Part shown: one piece after another, positions 22,563 to 33,768 of the stretch | Layout of the letters: each line of letters opens with the position of its first letter | Numbering within the stretch: position 1 is the first letter of the stretch | Assembly (NCBI GenBank): GCA_963727485.1 | Contig: CAVSGM010000002.1 | Coordinates: forward strand, 1,056,001-1,120,000 | Reading direction: 5' to 3' | Origin: an uncultured delta proteobacterium | GTDB lineage: Bacteria; Myxococcota; Myxococcia; SLRQ01 | Length of the DNA: 64,000 bases | Translations under genes and position numbers: made by a program | The notes under the pieces: generated by a model | Seen by the model: the letters and a program-made list of their open reading frames with translations, nothing else | Database searches by the model: none | What the model was told of the DNA's origin: nothing

Positions 22563-25071
22563 TCAGAAGCCGGTGAGCTGGAAGATCGCGTTGAGCTCGT
22601 AGTCGCTCACGTACAGGTCGCCGGTGGCGGTGTCGTAGGCGAGCCCCGCGGGGCGGGCGAAGCCCGAGGCCACGATGGACGCCTGGCAGTTGTTCGGGGC
22701 GCCGGTCCACATCGCCGGGTCGCAGGTGGAGGTGTTGATCTCCACCAGGTTCCCGCTGGCGGTGTCGGCGACGAGCAGGTCGCCCGAGGGCAGCATGATC
22801 ATGGCCGTGGGCCCCTGGAGGAGGTTGCCTCGGTCAGATCCGATAGGCGCCCGTGGCGGCCCCGTTCACGGCGTGCTCGACGTAGACGGCCTGGTTGTTG
22901 GTGTCGGCCACGTAGGTCGCCGAGTGGACCGCCCCGGTGGTGTCGGTCATCTGGGCGTAGGTCACCCCCCAGGGGTTGTTCAGCTGGCCGCCGAAGGTGG
23001 TGGTGCTGGTGGTTGCCGCCGGGGGCGCCGCCGCGGCGTCGTAGGACTCGATCCGCGGGTTGTTCCAGTTGGACGCCAGCAGGGTCCCGGTCCCCTCGAG
23101 GAAGAGCCCGGTCATCTCCGTGTTGTTGTTGGCGGAGAACTGGCCCAGGGCCCCGGCGGGGCTCATGACCATCAGCCCGCTGGCTCCGCCGCCGCCGTTC
23201 CAGTCCCGGCCGGTGGAGATGAAGAGGTTGCCGCTGGCCGGATCCCACTGGACGTCGGCCATGCGGGAGCCGACGCCGACCCCGTACTGGCTGGTCGCGA
23301 AGTTGGCGCCGGCGTTGAGGTCCACCTGCTGGATCGACCGGGTGGCGCCGTTGCCGCCGAAGCGGTCGTTGCAGGCGACGTAGAGGTGGCCCGAGTTGTC
23401 GAGGGTCATCCCCATGGGCCGGCGGATGCCGCTGCCCTGCCCGCCGGCGATGGCGATCGCCGTGCCGCCGGTGCTGATGTTCACGTTGGCGGGGGTCACG
23501 TTCACCGGCACCGCGGCGCTCACGGTCACGTTGCCCACCTCGTCGGACGCCTCGGCGATGACGGTGATGGCGCCCCACTGGTTGCCGGGCACCGGCACCG
23601 TGAAGGTCTTTGTGGTGGAGGTGGTCGCGGGGTTGGTGGTGAGGAGCATCAGGTCGTTGTAGGTGAAGGCGCCCCGGACCTGGATCCGGATCTGGGAGAG
23701 GGAGACGCTGTCGCTGGCGGTGACGGTGACCGGCATGTCGCTGCCGCTGACCCAGGTGTCACCGGCGGCGGGCGCGGTGATCTCCACCTGGGGCGGGACG
23801 ATGTCGGGCTGGGCCCGGACCACCACCTCGCCGGTGTCCGAGAGGGTGCCCACGGTGGCGGTCACCGTCTGGAGGCCCTGGGTCCCGAAGACCACGGTCC
23901 GGGCCGTGGTGTCGATGGTGGCCGCGGTGTCGCTGGTGGTGAGGGTCACCGCCGGGGTGAGCACGTTGCCGTAGCCGTCGGTCACCACCGTGCGGTAGGC
24001 GAGCGGCTCGCCCACCCGCAGCTCGGTGGTCCCCAGCGAGAGGGTGACCTTGGCGGGATTCCCCGCCTGGACCTCGAGGGTGGCGGTGCTGGAGACCAGC
24101 ATCCCCGCCGTGGTCCCGGCGGTCCCCTGGACCATGGCGACGACCGTCCAGCTCCCGGCCGCGGTGAGGCCGGTGAGGGTGTTCCCCTCGACCAGGGCGC
24201 CGGGGGCGTTGGTGATCAGGGTGAAGGGCAGGTTCAGGGTGTTCTGGCTGCCGTCGGTGATGGTCACGGTGGCGGAGACCGGGGTGCCCGCGGGGATCTG
24301 GAGGTCCGTCCCCGGGCCCACGGGGGTGCCGCCCACGGTGGCCTCAAGCTGGAGGGCCAGGCTCGAGGGCGCGCCGCCGCGGATGACGAAGTCCGCAGAC
24401 GCCGTGGCGCCGCCCACGGTGGCGGTGGCGGTGAGGGTGCCGGTGCCGATGGTGGTCAGGCCGGTGAGGTCGGCTGTGGCCATGCCGTCGGCGTCGGTGG
24501 TGGCGGTCACGGGCGGGACGCCGCCGGCGGGCCCGCCGGCGCCGAAGGTGGTGGCGAAGGTGATCTCGAGCCCGGAGAGATCGACCCCCGGCTCACGCGC
24601 CGTCGCCTGCACCGTGGCGTGGAGGGTGCCGGTGTCCGCGTCCACCACCGGCGAGCCCAGGGTCAGCTTGAGGTGCTGGGCCGCCGGGGGATTGGCGGTG
24701 ATGGTGACCTTGGTGGGCTGGCTCACGTTCCCCGCCGCGTCGGTGGCGGTGAGGGTGAAGACGTTGTCCGAGCCCACCGAAAGCGGCACCGCCATCCGCC
24801 ACTTGGCGCTGAAGGGATCCGCGGTGGTGGTGAACGGCCCCAGCTTGTTGTCGGCCGCGGTGAACGCCGGGGACCGGGTGACGGTGAGGGTGCTCCCGTA
24901 CTCGGCGGTCCCGGTGAGGACCTGGGTGGGGATCATCGTCGGCGTGGTCACCGGGTCCAGGCGCGGGGCCGGGGGCGGGGTGGTGTCCTTCTGCTGGCAG
25001 CCCGCGCCGGCCACCGCCAGCGCGGCGAGGACGGCGAGGGGGGTGAGGCGTCGGCGTACCGTGGGGCTCAT
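22563..25071 (-). CDS. Thr-rich surface lipoprotein with Ig-like repeats and C-terminal NHL propeller (indel ~22840)
   Basis: AGGAGG RBS, lipobox GAGC, ATDAAGNVS Ig-type motif, NHL-like LYVAC, PWGVTY, LLVADT, PAGLAYD..LYVSD. Confidence 0.75.
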
Positions 25072-25092
25072 GCGGTGGTTCCTCCTTGAAGG

Positions 25093-26288
25093 CTAGAAGC
25101 GAAGGGCGTAGCGGGCGTCGGCGCGGACGCCGGAGAGGGTGGTCTCGCCGACCGGACCCAAGGGGCCCAGGTCGACGCCGGCGACGTCCACCAGGACCTC
25201 GAGGCCGAGCTCACCGGGGCCCGCCTGGAAGCCGAGGCCGGCGCCGAAGACCCCCAGGAGCCCGAAGGCCCGGTCGCTCACCGGGGCGCTGAAGGCGGTG
25301 AAGTGGGTCTGGGTCCAGACGGTGCCGAGACCGGCGAGGACGAAGGGGCGCACCGACGCCGAGGGCGCCAGGTGCCAGGAGAGCGCCAGGCTCCCGGGGA
25401 CCAGGTGGCTGTCCTGGGTGAAGCCCGCGTCGAGGCCCCGGCCGGGGACGATGGCGGGGCCGCTCTCGATGACCCGGGCCCAGCCCAGGTCGAGGCGGAG
25501 ATCGAGGCGGGTGCGGCCCAGGTCGAGGCCCAGGGCCTTGAGGTCCAGGGCGAAGGTGACGCCCGCCGCCGGGCCCACCGAGAGCTTGTAGAGGGGGACG
25601 TAGGCGCCGACCCAGGGGGTGAGGGTGAAGGTCCGCGCGGGCCCCTGGGCCCGGGCGCCCTCGGCCGCGGGGGCGGCGGCGGCTTCGGTGCGATCGCCGT
25701 AGGCCTGGATCCGCTCGTAGCCCTTGGGGGGCGGGGGGGCGGCGGCACGGCCTTCGGCGCCGGCGCCGGCTTCTTGGTCGTCAGGGTCACCAGCGGGACC
25801 TTGGGGGTCGCCTGCGCCGCCGGCTCGGGCTTGGGCACCGGGATCCCCAGGTCCACCCCGGAGAAGGAGAGGAGCCCTGCGGCCCGGGCGTGGTGGGGCC
25901 AGGCCACGGTGATCCACTGGCGCCCCCGGGCGAGATGCACGGTGGTGCTCGCCGCCGTCCCCACCTCGGCGAAGCCCTTCACCGAGGCGGCGGCGTCCCG
26001 GCGGCCGTCGGGCTCCAGGCGGCGGTGGCGGTGGTGGGAGCTCACCAGCGCCCGCACCCGGGCGAGGGCGTGGCCGGCGGCCCGGAGGGTGACGGTGACC
26101 GTCGCCGGCCCGTGGAGGATCAGGGTGGCGGCGCCCCCGGGCGCGAGCACCCACGCCGGCGTGGTCCGGCCCGCGACGTGAAGCATCCGGGGGGCGCCGG
26201 CGCCCTCCACCTTGCCGTGGGGCCCGCCGGCGAGGGCGGGGGTGGCGACGACGAGGGAGAGGAGGACGACGCCGAGGCGTACGGGCAT
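25093..26288 (-). CDS. Secreted protein with C-terminal outer-membrane beta-barrel (indel in G-run ~25735)
   Basis: Signal MPVRLGVVLLSLVVATPALA; alternating beta-strands VRPFVLAGLG, FGAGLGFQAG; ends ARYALRF (beta-signal-like). Confidence 0.65.
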
Positions 26289-26432
26289 GGACGCACCTCG
26301 CGAGGGGGAGTCGGACGGAGGGGAGCGGTTCGAGCGAGGATCCGGGGGGATCACTCGAGCTCGACCGTCCGGCACCCGAAGCGGCCACAGGCAAGCTCCC
26401 CTCAACGGGGGAGGCCGGGCGCGGGCCGGCGC

Positions 26433-28340
26433 TCAGCGCCCGGGATCGGCGAAGCGATCGGCGAGGGCCTGGCGCAGGGCCGCCACCTGGGGGTCGTCGG
26501 GGCCGGCGGCGGCGCCCAGGCGGCGCAGCGCCTCCTCGGCCGACGCCCTGTCCCCCTTCAGGGCCAGCCACCCGGCGGCCCGGCGGAGGAGCGCCGGCGA
26601 CACCTGGGGATCCGCGGCGAGGGCCGCGAAGGCCCCCCGGGCCGCGTGGGTCCGCCCCAGCCGGTCGTCGAGCTCGGCCCAGGCGCGGCGTGCCTCGAGG
26701 GAGGTGGCCCGGCCCGGCGGAGGCAGCGCCGCCACCTCCCGCCGGGTCCGCGCCACCAGCCGCCGGAGCCTCCCGGTGAGGGCCGGGTCCGGGTCGGGGC
26801 GGCGGGCGAGGGTCGCCTCGGCGGCGTCGAAGCGCAGGGCCCGGAGCTGGGCCATGGCCAGGTCGTAGTGGTACCGGGGGTGGCCGGGGAAGCGCCGGGC
26901 CAGATTGCGGATCACCGCCACCGCCTCGTCGTAGCGGCCCAGGGCCTCGAGGCACGCCGCCTTCCCCGACCACTCGAAGGGGAAGCCCTCCCCGGCGGCC
27001 CCGAAGATCCGGCTGTCGAGGGAGATGGCCCGATCGTAGGCGGCGAGGGCCTCGCGCGGGCGGTGGCGGTCGAGGAGCGCCTGGCCCAGCCCCGCCCAGG
27101 GGAGCCCGCTCTCGTCGCCGTGGGTCGCCACCGCCCGGTGCCAGAGGGCGAGGTCGGTGCGCCACACCGGCACCCGGGCGTAGGTGGCCCCGGCGAAGGT
27201 CAGCACCGCCGCGCCGGCCACCGAGGCGAGGACCCACCGCCACCGCCCGGCGAGGCCCGTGGCCCAGGCGGCCCCCACCGGCAGGGCCGCCGCCAGGGGC
27301 AGGTAGAGGAAGCGATCGGCGGCCACCGCCTGGACCGGGATTGGGACCAGGTGGAGGACGGGGACCAGGGCGGCGACGGCGGTGGCGGCGGCGGCGAGGC
27401 GCGCCGGGGGCCACCGTCGCCAGGCCCACACCGAGAGGGCCACCCCAAAGAGGAGCACGGCGCCCCCGAGGATCATCAGCCCCGGCCGCGCCACCCCCAC
27501 CCGGCCGATCTCCACCCGGGGGCGGAGGGGGTCGAGGATCAGGGTGAGGTAGGTGCCGAGGGTCTGGAGGGCGAGGCCCGCCCGGGGAAGGAGCCCGAGG
27601 TGCGCCTGGCCGGCGGCGGCGAGGCGCGGGCCCAGCGCCGCGACCCGGAGGCCGCCGTAGATCGCCGCCCCCAGGTAGAGGGGCCAGGGGCGCCAGAGGG
27701 CCCGGGCCAGGGGCCGCCCGTCCCGGCGCGCGGCGGCCAGCTCCCACACCACCACGCCCACGACGGCGGCGGCGGCCACCTCCTTGGAGAGGAGCCCGAG
27801 GCCGAAGGCCCCGGCGGCGGCGAGGCGCGGGCGCCACCCCGGGCGCCAGAGGAGGAGCACCAGGAGGGCGAAGCCGGCGGCGAGGACGTCGCTGCGCCCG
27901 GAGATCCAGGCCACCGACTCGGTGAGCCGGGGGAACACCCCGAAGGCGGCGGTGGCGAGCGCCGCGGCGCCCCCGCCGGCCCCAAGCCGCCGGGCCAGGG
28001 CGAAGACCGCCACGCAGACGGCGAGGTGGAGGCCGAGGCTGGTGAGATGGAAGACCCAGGCCTGCCCGCCGCCGAGGGTCCAGTCCCCGGCGTTGACCAG
28101 GGTGAGCAGCGGCCGGTAGTAGCTCCCGGCGTCTCCGGCCAGGGGTCTCGCCCAGAACCCCCGGACGAAGGCGCCGAGGGCCGACCCCAGGTGGTGGACC
28201 ACCGGGTTGCCGACGATGAGCGCGTGGTCGTCCCAGACGAACCCGCCGAAGGCGGCCGCCTGGTAGGCGGCGGCCACCCCCCCGAGCACCAGGGCGAGGA
28301 GGAGCCCCGGGCGGGGCGCGCGGCGGGGGGCGTCGCTCAC
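26433..28340 (-). CDS. TMTC-like GT-C membrane glycosyltransferase with C-terminal TPRs
   Basis: FVWDDHALIVGNP, YYRPL, FHLTSLGLH, TESVAWISGRSDVL, LLSKE, ADRFLYLP, then TPR helices. Confidence 0.8.
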   Translation of the reverse strand: MSDAPRRAPRPGLLLALVLGGVAAAYQAAAFGGFVWDDHALIVGNPVVHHLGSALGAFVRGFWARPLAGDAGSYYRPLLTLVNAGDWTLGGGQAWVFHLTSLGLHLAVCVAVFALARRLGAGGGAAALATAAFGVFPRLTESVAWISGRSDVLAAGFALLVLLLWRPGWRPRLAAAGAFGLGLLSKEVAAAAVVGVVVWELAAARRDGRPLARALWRPWPLYLGAAIYGGLRVAALGPRLAAAGQAHLGLLPRAGLALQTLGTYLTLILDPLRPRVEIGRVGVARPGLMILGGAVLLFGVALSVWAWRRWPPARLAAAATAVAALVPVLHLVPIPVQAVAADRFLYLPLAAALPVGAAWATGLAGRWRWVLASVAGAAVLTFAGATYARVPVWRTDLALWHRAVATHGDESGLPWAGLGQALLDRHRPREALAAYDRAISLDSRIFGAAGEGFPFEWSGKAACLEALGRYDEAVAVIRNLARRFPGHPRYHYDLAMAQLRALRFDAAEATLARRPDPDPALTGRLRRLVARTRREVAALPPPGRATSLEARRAWAELDDRLGRTHAARGAFAALAADPQVSPALLRRAAGWLALKGDRASAEEALRRLGAAAGPDDPQVAALRQALADRFADPGR

Positions 28341-28350
28341 GCCGGGGAGC

Positions 28351-29175
28351 CTACCAGGGGATGCGCATCGGCTCGGTGCCCGGCACGCAGGCGTAGGGCC
28401 CGAAGTCGGTGACCCCGGCGAGCTCGGTGAGGGCGTCCTCGTCCATCCACGCCTTGCCGCTCCCGAGCTTCTCCGGGTCGGTGGCCACCAGCGCCACGGT
28501 GGCGTCGGCGAGGATCTCGGCCTTGCGCCAGTTCTCCTGGTTGCCGAGGCCCAGGTTGAGGGTGGCGTAGCTCTCGATGAGGGTCACCGGCCACAGGGCG
28601 TTGACGGCGATGCCCTGCCCCTTCACCTCCTCGGCGAGCGCCACCCCCAGGTAGGTCATCCCGAACTTGCTGACCATGTAGGCGCACTTGCCGGCGACCA
28701 TCTCCGCCTTGTGGATGGGCGGCGACATGTTCACCACCTGCCCGTACCCCGCCTGCTTCATGTGGGGCAGGGCGAGGTGGGTGGCGATGTGGGCGGCGCG
28801 GAAGTTCACGTCCATGACCAGGTCGAACTTCTTCGCCGGGGTCTGCTCCACCGGGTACCACCAGGCGGCGCCGGCGTTGTTCACCAGGATGTCGAGGCGG
28901 CCGAAGTGATCCACGGTCTGCTGGATCATCGCCGCGATCTGCTCCTCCTCCCGGACGTTGCACTGGATGGGGAGCACCTCGACCTCGGGGCTCGCCGCCC
29001 GGATCTCCTCGGCCACCGAGAAGATGGTCCCGGGGAGCTTGGGGTGCTCGGTCACGGACTTCGCGGTGACGACCACGTTCGCCCCCTCGGCGGCGAGGGC
29101 CAGGGCGACGGCGCGCCCCACCCCGCGGCTGGATCCGGTGACGATGGCGACGCGTCCTTGAAGCTTCCCGGGCAT
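28351..29175 (-). CDS. SDR oxidoreductase (HSDL2-like)
   Basis: TGSSRGVG, HPKLPGTI, LVNNAG, YMVSK, NALWP. Confidence 0.9.
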   Translation of the reverse strand: MPGKLQGRVAIVTGSSRGVGRAVALALAAEGANVVVTAKSVTEHPKLPGTIFSVAEEIRAASPEVEVLPIQCNVREEEQIAAMIQQTVDHFGRLDILVNNAGAAWWYPVEQTPAKKFDLVMDVNFRAAHIATHLALPHMKQAGYGQVVNMSPPIHKAEMVAGKCAYMVSKFGMTYLGVALAEEVKGQGIAVNALWPVTLIESYATLNLGLGNQENWRKAEILADATVALVATDPEKLGSGKAWMDEDALTELAGVTDFGPYACVPGTEPMRIPW

Positions 29176-29591
29176 CAGATCTCTCCTGTGTTCTTGGGGG
29201 CGCGGCACTCGCCGTCCCGATCGGTGATCACCTGGGAGGCGAGGCGGGCGTTGTGGGAGAGCCACGCCTCCCGCACCGCGTCCGGCAGGTCTGCCGCCGC
29301 CATCGCCTCCCGGAGGAGCTGCTGGCGGCGCATGAAGTGCCCGCCGAGGATCGGCGAGGCGGCGTGGGCGTCCCGCATCGACCGGCCGGCGTAGGGCCCG
29401 CCGGCGCGGCCGAGCATCCGGGCGGTGAACTGGGTCTCCAGCTCGATGAGCCGGGCGATGTCCTTCCCCTGGAAGAGGAAGCCGATCATCAGGTCCGGGA
29501 CCAGCCGGTCGTAGAAGTCCGTGACCACCGCCTCGAGGCGGGTCAGGCGGGCGTCGTCGTCGGGGCCCAGGGTCTCCCAGGGGGTGGCCAT
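29175..29591 (-). CDS. Group 1 truncated hemoglobin
   Basis: VVTDFYDRLVPDLMIGFLF, GGPYAGRSMRDAH (proximal His); TGATG overlap with the SDR gene. Confidence 0.85.
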   Translation of the reverse strand: MATPWETLGPDDDARLTRLEAVVTDFYDRLVPDLMIGFLFQGKDIARLIELETQFTARMLGRAGGPYAGRSMRDAHAASPILGGHFMRRQQLLREAMAAADLPDAVREAWLSHNARLASQVITDRDGECRAPKNTGEI

Positions 29592-29665
29592 CCGGGCCTG
29601 TGTAGCCCTCCGGCGCCGGGGTCGCAAGCTTGCACCGGCCCTGCCGCCGCCGCATCCTGACCGCG

Positions 29666-30934
29666 GTGCTCCGCCTCCTTGCCCTCGCCTGCTGCCTCCT
29701 CGTCGCCGCCTGCGCGACCCCGGGGAGCCAGGGGCCGGGCGCCGCGCCGGGCGCGGAGGCCGCCGCGCCGGGCCCCAAGGCCGCCCCCCGGCCGCTTCCC
29801 CGGGCCGCCCCCGCCGTGCCCTGGGTCCACCACCCGCCCTGGGATCCCGACGACGACGACGCCGGCCCGCCGCTCCCCCGGACCCTCTCCTTCCGCCCCC
29901 TGGATCCCGGGGACTGGCAGGGCCTCGCCGGCCTCTTCGTCCACCTCGCCCGGCACTCCAAGGCGACCTACGTCGTCGCCCCCGAGCCCCACCTCCCCCC
30001 CGGCGCCGCCGACGCCCTCCTCGGCGTCCCGGTGACCTGGCCCGAGGGGGCCCGGCCCTTCGCCGAGGTGATCGAGGCCGGGGGCACGCCCACGGTGGTC
30101 GACCGGCGCCCGGGGCCGGCCGCCGACGCCGACATGGTCGCCGCCGAGCTCGCCACCCGGGACGGCGCCTACGCCGCGGCGCTGCGCCTCTACCGCCAGG
30201 TGACCCGGGTCTCCCCGGGCCTCGCCAAGGCCTGGACCTTCCGCGCCGAGGACGCCGCCGCCCTCGGGCACCTCGACGAGGCCAACGAGGCGGTGGTCCG
30301 GGCCCTGGCCCTGGCGCCGGTGGATCCCATGGCCCACGCGGTGGAGGCCGAGCTGGCGCTGGCCGCCGGCCACCGCCGCCGGGCCCGGGTCGCCCTCGCC
30401 ACCGCCCTCGCCCTCTACCCGGGCTTCCCCGCGGCGGTGGCGCTGGTGGCGGCGGTGACCGGGGAGCCCTTCACCTGGCGGCCCCTCTCACCCCCGGCGC
30501 GGGTCGCCCGCCAGGGGCAACGGCGGATCCTGGTCCAGGCCGACGTCCGGCGGACCGGCGCCTGGCTCGCCTGGGCCCTCTGCGAGGCGGTGGGCCGCTA
30601 CGATCCCGACCCGAGGCTCCTGCCCTTCGGCGGCCGCGGCGAGACGCTGCGCCGGGAGGTGGTCTGCGGCCTCACCCTCGCCGACGCCGCCACCGGCCCC
30701 GGGAGCGCCGCGGGGACGCCGTTTGCCGACCCCCGGGTGGCCCGGATCGCGCGGGTGGCCCGGGCCGGCCACCTCGGCGACCTCATCGTCTACGACCTGG
30801 TCGGGACCCGGAGCCCGGGGCTCCTCCTCGGCCTCGACCCGGCGACCCGAAGGCGCCTGGTGGACTACGTCGCCCGGTTCGTGCTCCCCGGCGGCGACGA
30901 CGGGCGAAGGCTCACGGCCGCGGCGGGTCGGTGA
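29666..30934 (+). CDS. TPR-containing lipoprotein
   Basis: Lipobox LVAAC; TPR-like ALALAPVDPMAH, ALALYPGFP; start uncertain (29630 or 29666). Confidence 0.65.
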   Translation: MLRLLALACCLLVAACATPGSQGPGAAPGAEAAAPGPKAAPRPLPRAAPAVPWVHHPPWDPDDDDAGPPLPRTLSFRPLDPGDWQGLAGLFVHLARHSKATYVVAPEPHLPPGAADALLGVPVTWPEGARPFAEVIEAGGTPTVVDRRPGPAADADMVAAELATRDGAYAAALRLYRQVTRVSPGLAKAWTFRAEDAAALGHLDEANEAVVRALALAPVDPMAHAVEAELALAAGHRRRARVALATALALYPGFPAAVALVAAVTGEPFTWRPLSPPARVARQGQRRILVQADVRRTGAWLAWALCEAVGRYDPDPRLLPFGGRGETLRREVVCGLTLADAATGPGSAAGTPFADPRVARIARVARAGHLGDLIVYDLVGTRSPGLLLGLDPATRRRLVDYVARFVLPGGDDGRRLTAAAGR

Positions 30935-32168
30935 CGCAGGCGGGAAACGCCGCGGCGAAGGGGATCCCCGCGGCCGCGGCCCACACCTGCAGCCGGTAGG
31001 CGACCGGGGGGACGGCGGCGGGGGGGAGATCGAAGCGCAGGGCCGCGTCGGCCGGGGGCGCCGGGTCCAGCTGGCACGCGGCGCAGGGCTTGCCGTCGGC
31101 GCGGAGGAGCACGGCCTGGAGGTAGCTGCGATCGTCGAGGGCGCGTCCCAGGGCCCGGGTCCCCTTGGCGATGTCCCCGCCACCGACCGCGTGGAGCCGG
31201 ACGTCGAGGACGCGGCCGGTCCCCGACCCCGACTCGCTCCAGGCGAGGGTGAGCCCGGTGGGGGTCGGGGGCTGGCAGTGGTCGGGGGCGCTGCCCCGCT
31301 TGCGGGTGCCCTCGAAGCGCGAGGTGCAGGTCCGGCTCGCCTGCTGGCAGGCGTCGGCGGGGGGGACCTGGTCCAGCGGCCCCTGGCGCAGGTCGAGGGT
31401 GAGGTTCTGCCCGTCGTCCACCAGGGTGAAGCTCGCCAGGCCGGTGGTCTTGTTGACGGCGTCGAAGACCAGGCCGCTGCCGCAGCCGGTGAACCGGTCG
31501 TAGCGTCCGGCGAAGAGCCGGCCGGTGTCCGGGTAGGCGAGCCCCAGGGCCAGGGCCGACTGCCCCGGGCCGACGTCCCGGATCCCCAGGCCCAGGTAGG
31601 CGACGTCGCCGCTGGCGGGATCGGCGCAGGTCCCGGCGTGCCCGGCGAAGACCCCCGAGAGCTGGGGCTCGTAGTCGCAGACCTGCCGGGCGTGGATCAC
31701 CACCGGGTCCAGGGTCTCACCAGGGCAGGTGGCATAGGCGAGGTCCAGGCCGCCACCGCCGGCGATGGGGGTGCCGGTCACCCCTGCCTTGCCGCCGGCG
31801 AGGCTGCGGGACGCGGTGAAGACGCGGCCCTGGTAGCTGCCCATGAGGGGGGCGGTGGCGCGCACCGACTGCACCGGCACGGTCAGGGGTGGGGTCTCGA
31901 CGTCCACCAGGCTCGCGGCGACCGGATCCGCGCCGCCGTCGGGGGCGGTCACGTCCTGGAGGACCATCACCGTGCCCAGGGGCGTCTCCACGTCGTAGCT
32001 CCCCGGGCTCCTGGGGAACGCCGGGATCGGCGCGTCGAGGACGTAGAAGCCGGCCAGCGGCCCGAGAAACCGGGGGCCGGAGGCCGTCGCCGGCGCCGGG
32101 GGCAGGGAGAAGTCGCGGCCGCAGGCGGCCAGGAGTCCCAGGGCGAGGATTGGGACGAGGCGCCGCAT
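30912..32168 (-). CDS. Hypothetical lipoprotein
   Basis: MRRLVPILALGLLAAC lipobox; Cys-containing globular sequence. Confidence 0.65.
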   Translation of the reverse strand: MRRLVPILALGLLAACGRDFSLPPAPATASGPRFLGPLAGFYVLDAPIPAFPRSPGSYDVETPLGTVMVLQDVTAPDGGADPVAASLVDVETPPLTVPVQSVRATAPLMGSYQGRVFTASRSLAGGKAGVTGTPIAGGGGLDLAYATCPGETLDPVVIHARQVCDYEPQLSGVFAGHAGTCADPASGDVAYLGLGIRDVGPGQSALALGLAYPDTGRLFAGRYDRFTGCGSGLVFDAVNKTTGLASFTLVDDGQNLTLDLRQGPLDQVPPADACQQASRTCTSRFEGTRKRGSAPDHCQPPTPTGLTLAWSESGSGTGRVLDVRLHAVGGGDIAKGTRALGRALDDRSYLQAVLLRADGKPCAACQLDPAPPADAALRFDLPPAAVPPVAYRLQVWAAAAGIPFAAAFPACVTDPPRP

Positions 32169-32232
32169 CGTCGGGCCAGGATACCACGGGCCGCGGGGGC
32201 GTCCGGGCGGTCTCCCGGCGAAGGCCCCCGGG

Positions 32233-33768
32233 TCAGGCCGAGGGGCCGTGCTCGGACATGGCCTGGGCCCGGAACCGGCGCACCGCCTCGGGCCAGGTGG
32301 TCGGCGGCGGCGCCGGGAAGCGCGGCGCCCGGGGCCGGCGGTGGAGGGGGACCTCCCGGCGGCCGGGGGTCTCCTCCTCGTCGTCGTCGTCCGGGGGACG
32401 CACCGCCGCGGCGGCCTGGCGCACCCACCCCTCGAGCTGCAGGTCGAGGGCCGGGGGCAGGTCGCGGGCGGCGCCCGCCTCGAGCTCGGCGAGCATCGCC
32501 GAATCGTCGAGGCCCGCCTCGGCGCCCCGGGCCGCCGACGCCGGGTCGAGGCGGAAGGTGGCGACCACGTCGGCGCGGACCAGCTCGGCGAAGGCCGAGA
32601 GGCGCACCACCCGGCCGCAGGCGACCTCCGGGGGCACCACGATCTCGTGGCTCGGCTGCACCACCCAGCCGGCGTCGGCCTGGCCCTCGTCGGCGATCGG
32701 GAGCCGCAGCCAGGTGTCGCCGTCGGGGGTGGTGTAGGCCTCGAGGGCCGGGAGCATGGCGCTGACCGCCAGGTGGACGTGGCGCCGGGCCGCGGGCACC
32801 GCCCGGCGGAGGTCGGCGTAGGGGGTGATGCCGTCGGTGGCGAGGATCCGCGGGCGCACCGCGGCCTCGAGGGCCTCGCGCCTCGCCCAGTGGCCCGCGG
32901 GGAGCTCGAGGAGGGCGGCGGCGATGAGGCGCCGCACCTGCTCGGGGCTCGCCAGCCCCGGGATCTTCACCCCGGAGGCGGTGGGGGGATTGGTGGCGAG
33001 GAGGACCGGGAGCCGGGCCGAGGGCGGCAGGGCGAAGAAGGCCCGGGCCCGGCGCCAGCTCACCTTGGCCCGGCCGCCGTGGCCGGTGACGATGCCCAGG
33101 TCGACCAGGCGGCGGATCCAGCCCTCGAGGTCGCCGGCATCGGCCTGGGACCCGAAGCGCTCCTCGGCGAGCCGGGCCACGTCGGCGGAGTGGGGGCTCC
33201 CCTCGCGCAGGAGGCGCGGGGGCTCGGTGGCGACCGCCGCCAGGGCCAGGGCGAGGTCGCGGATGGACCCCAGGAACACGCTGGCCTTCTTCGCCGGGAT
33301 GCCGCCGGGCAGCGCGTCCCCCGGGCGCTCGTCGCCGAGCAGCCAGAGGAGCGGCCGGAGGCTCCGGGACAGGGGCGGCACCAGGGAGAGCACCTCGGCG
33401 CCCCCGGCCCACCGCGCGCGCACCACCAGGCCCGCCCGCTCCAGCCCGTCGAGGATGGCGACGTGGGCGGCGCCGAGGCGCTCGGTCGCCGCCGCCTGGA
33501 ACACCGGGGTGGGCAGGGGCTCGACCGCCTCCACGAACAGGCGCACCAGCTTGCGCTCGGGGGCGGAGAAGCTCTTGGCCAGGCGCAGGGCCACGTCGGT
33601 CCGCGAGAGGTGATCGACCAGGGAGGCGGCGTCGGTGTGGGGCGCGCCGGTGCGGGTCGCCAGGCGCTTGCGCCGCGCCGGCGGGAGCCGCGAGAGCCGC
33701 TGCACCGGGGCCTGCTCGGCGGTGGCCGAGAGCTCGTCTCCCCAGCGGGTGATCATGTGGCGCTGCAC
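32233..33768 (-). CDS. XPB-associated protein (Helicase_C_3 / XPB-NTD-like C-terminal domain)
   Basis: WVVQPSHEIVVP...FAELVRADVVATFRLDPASAARGAEAGL...LP..L...LEGW, similar to the XPB N-terminus; overlaps the XPB stop. Confidence 0.75.
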   Translation of the reverse strand: MQRHMITRWGDELSATAEQAPVQRLSRLPPARRKRLATRTGAPHTDAASLVDHLSRTDVALRLAKSFSAPERKLVRLFVEAVEPLPTPVFQAAATERLGAAHVAILDGLERAGLVVRARWAGGAEVLSLVPPLSRSLRPLLWLLGDERPGDALPGGIPAKKASVFLGSIRDLALALAAVATEPPRLLREGSPHSADVARLAEERFGSQADAGDLEGWIRRLVDLGIVTGHGGRAKVSWRRARAFFALPPSARLPVLLATNPPTASGVKIPGLASPEQVRRLIAAALLELPAGHWARREALEAAVRPRILATDGITPYADLRRAVPAARRHVHLAVSAMLPALEAYTTPDGDTWLRLPIADEGQADAGWVVQPSHEIVVPPEVACGRVVRLSAFAELVRADVVATFRLDPASAARGAEAGLDDSAMLAELEAGAARDLPPALDLQLEGWVRQAAAAVRPPDDDDEEETPGRREVPLHRRPRAPRFPAPPPTTWPEAVRRFRAQAMSEHGPSA

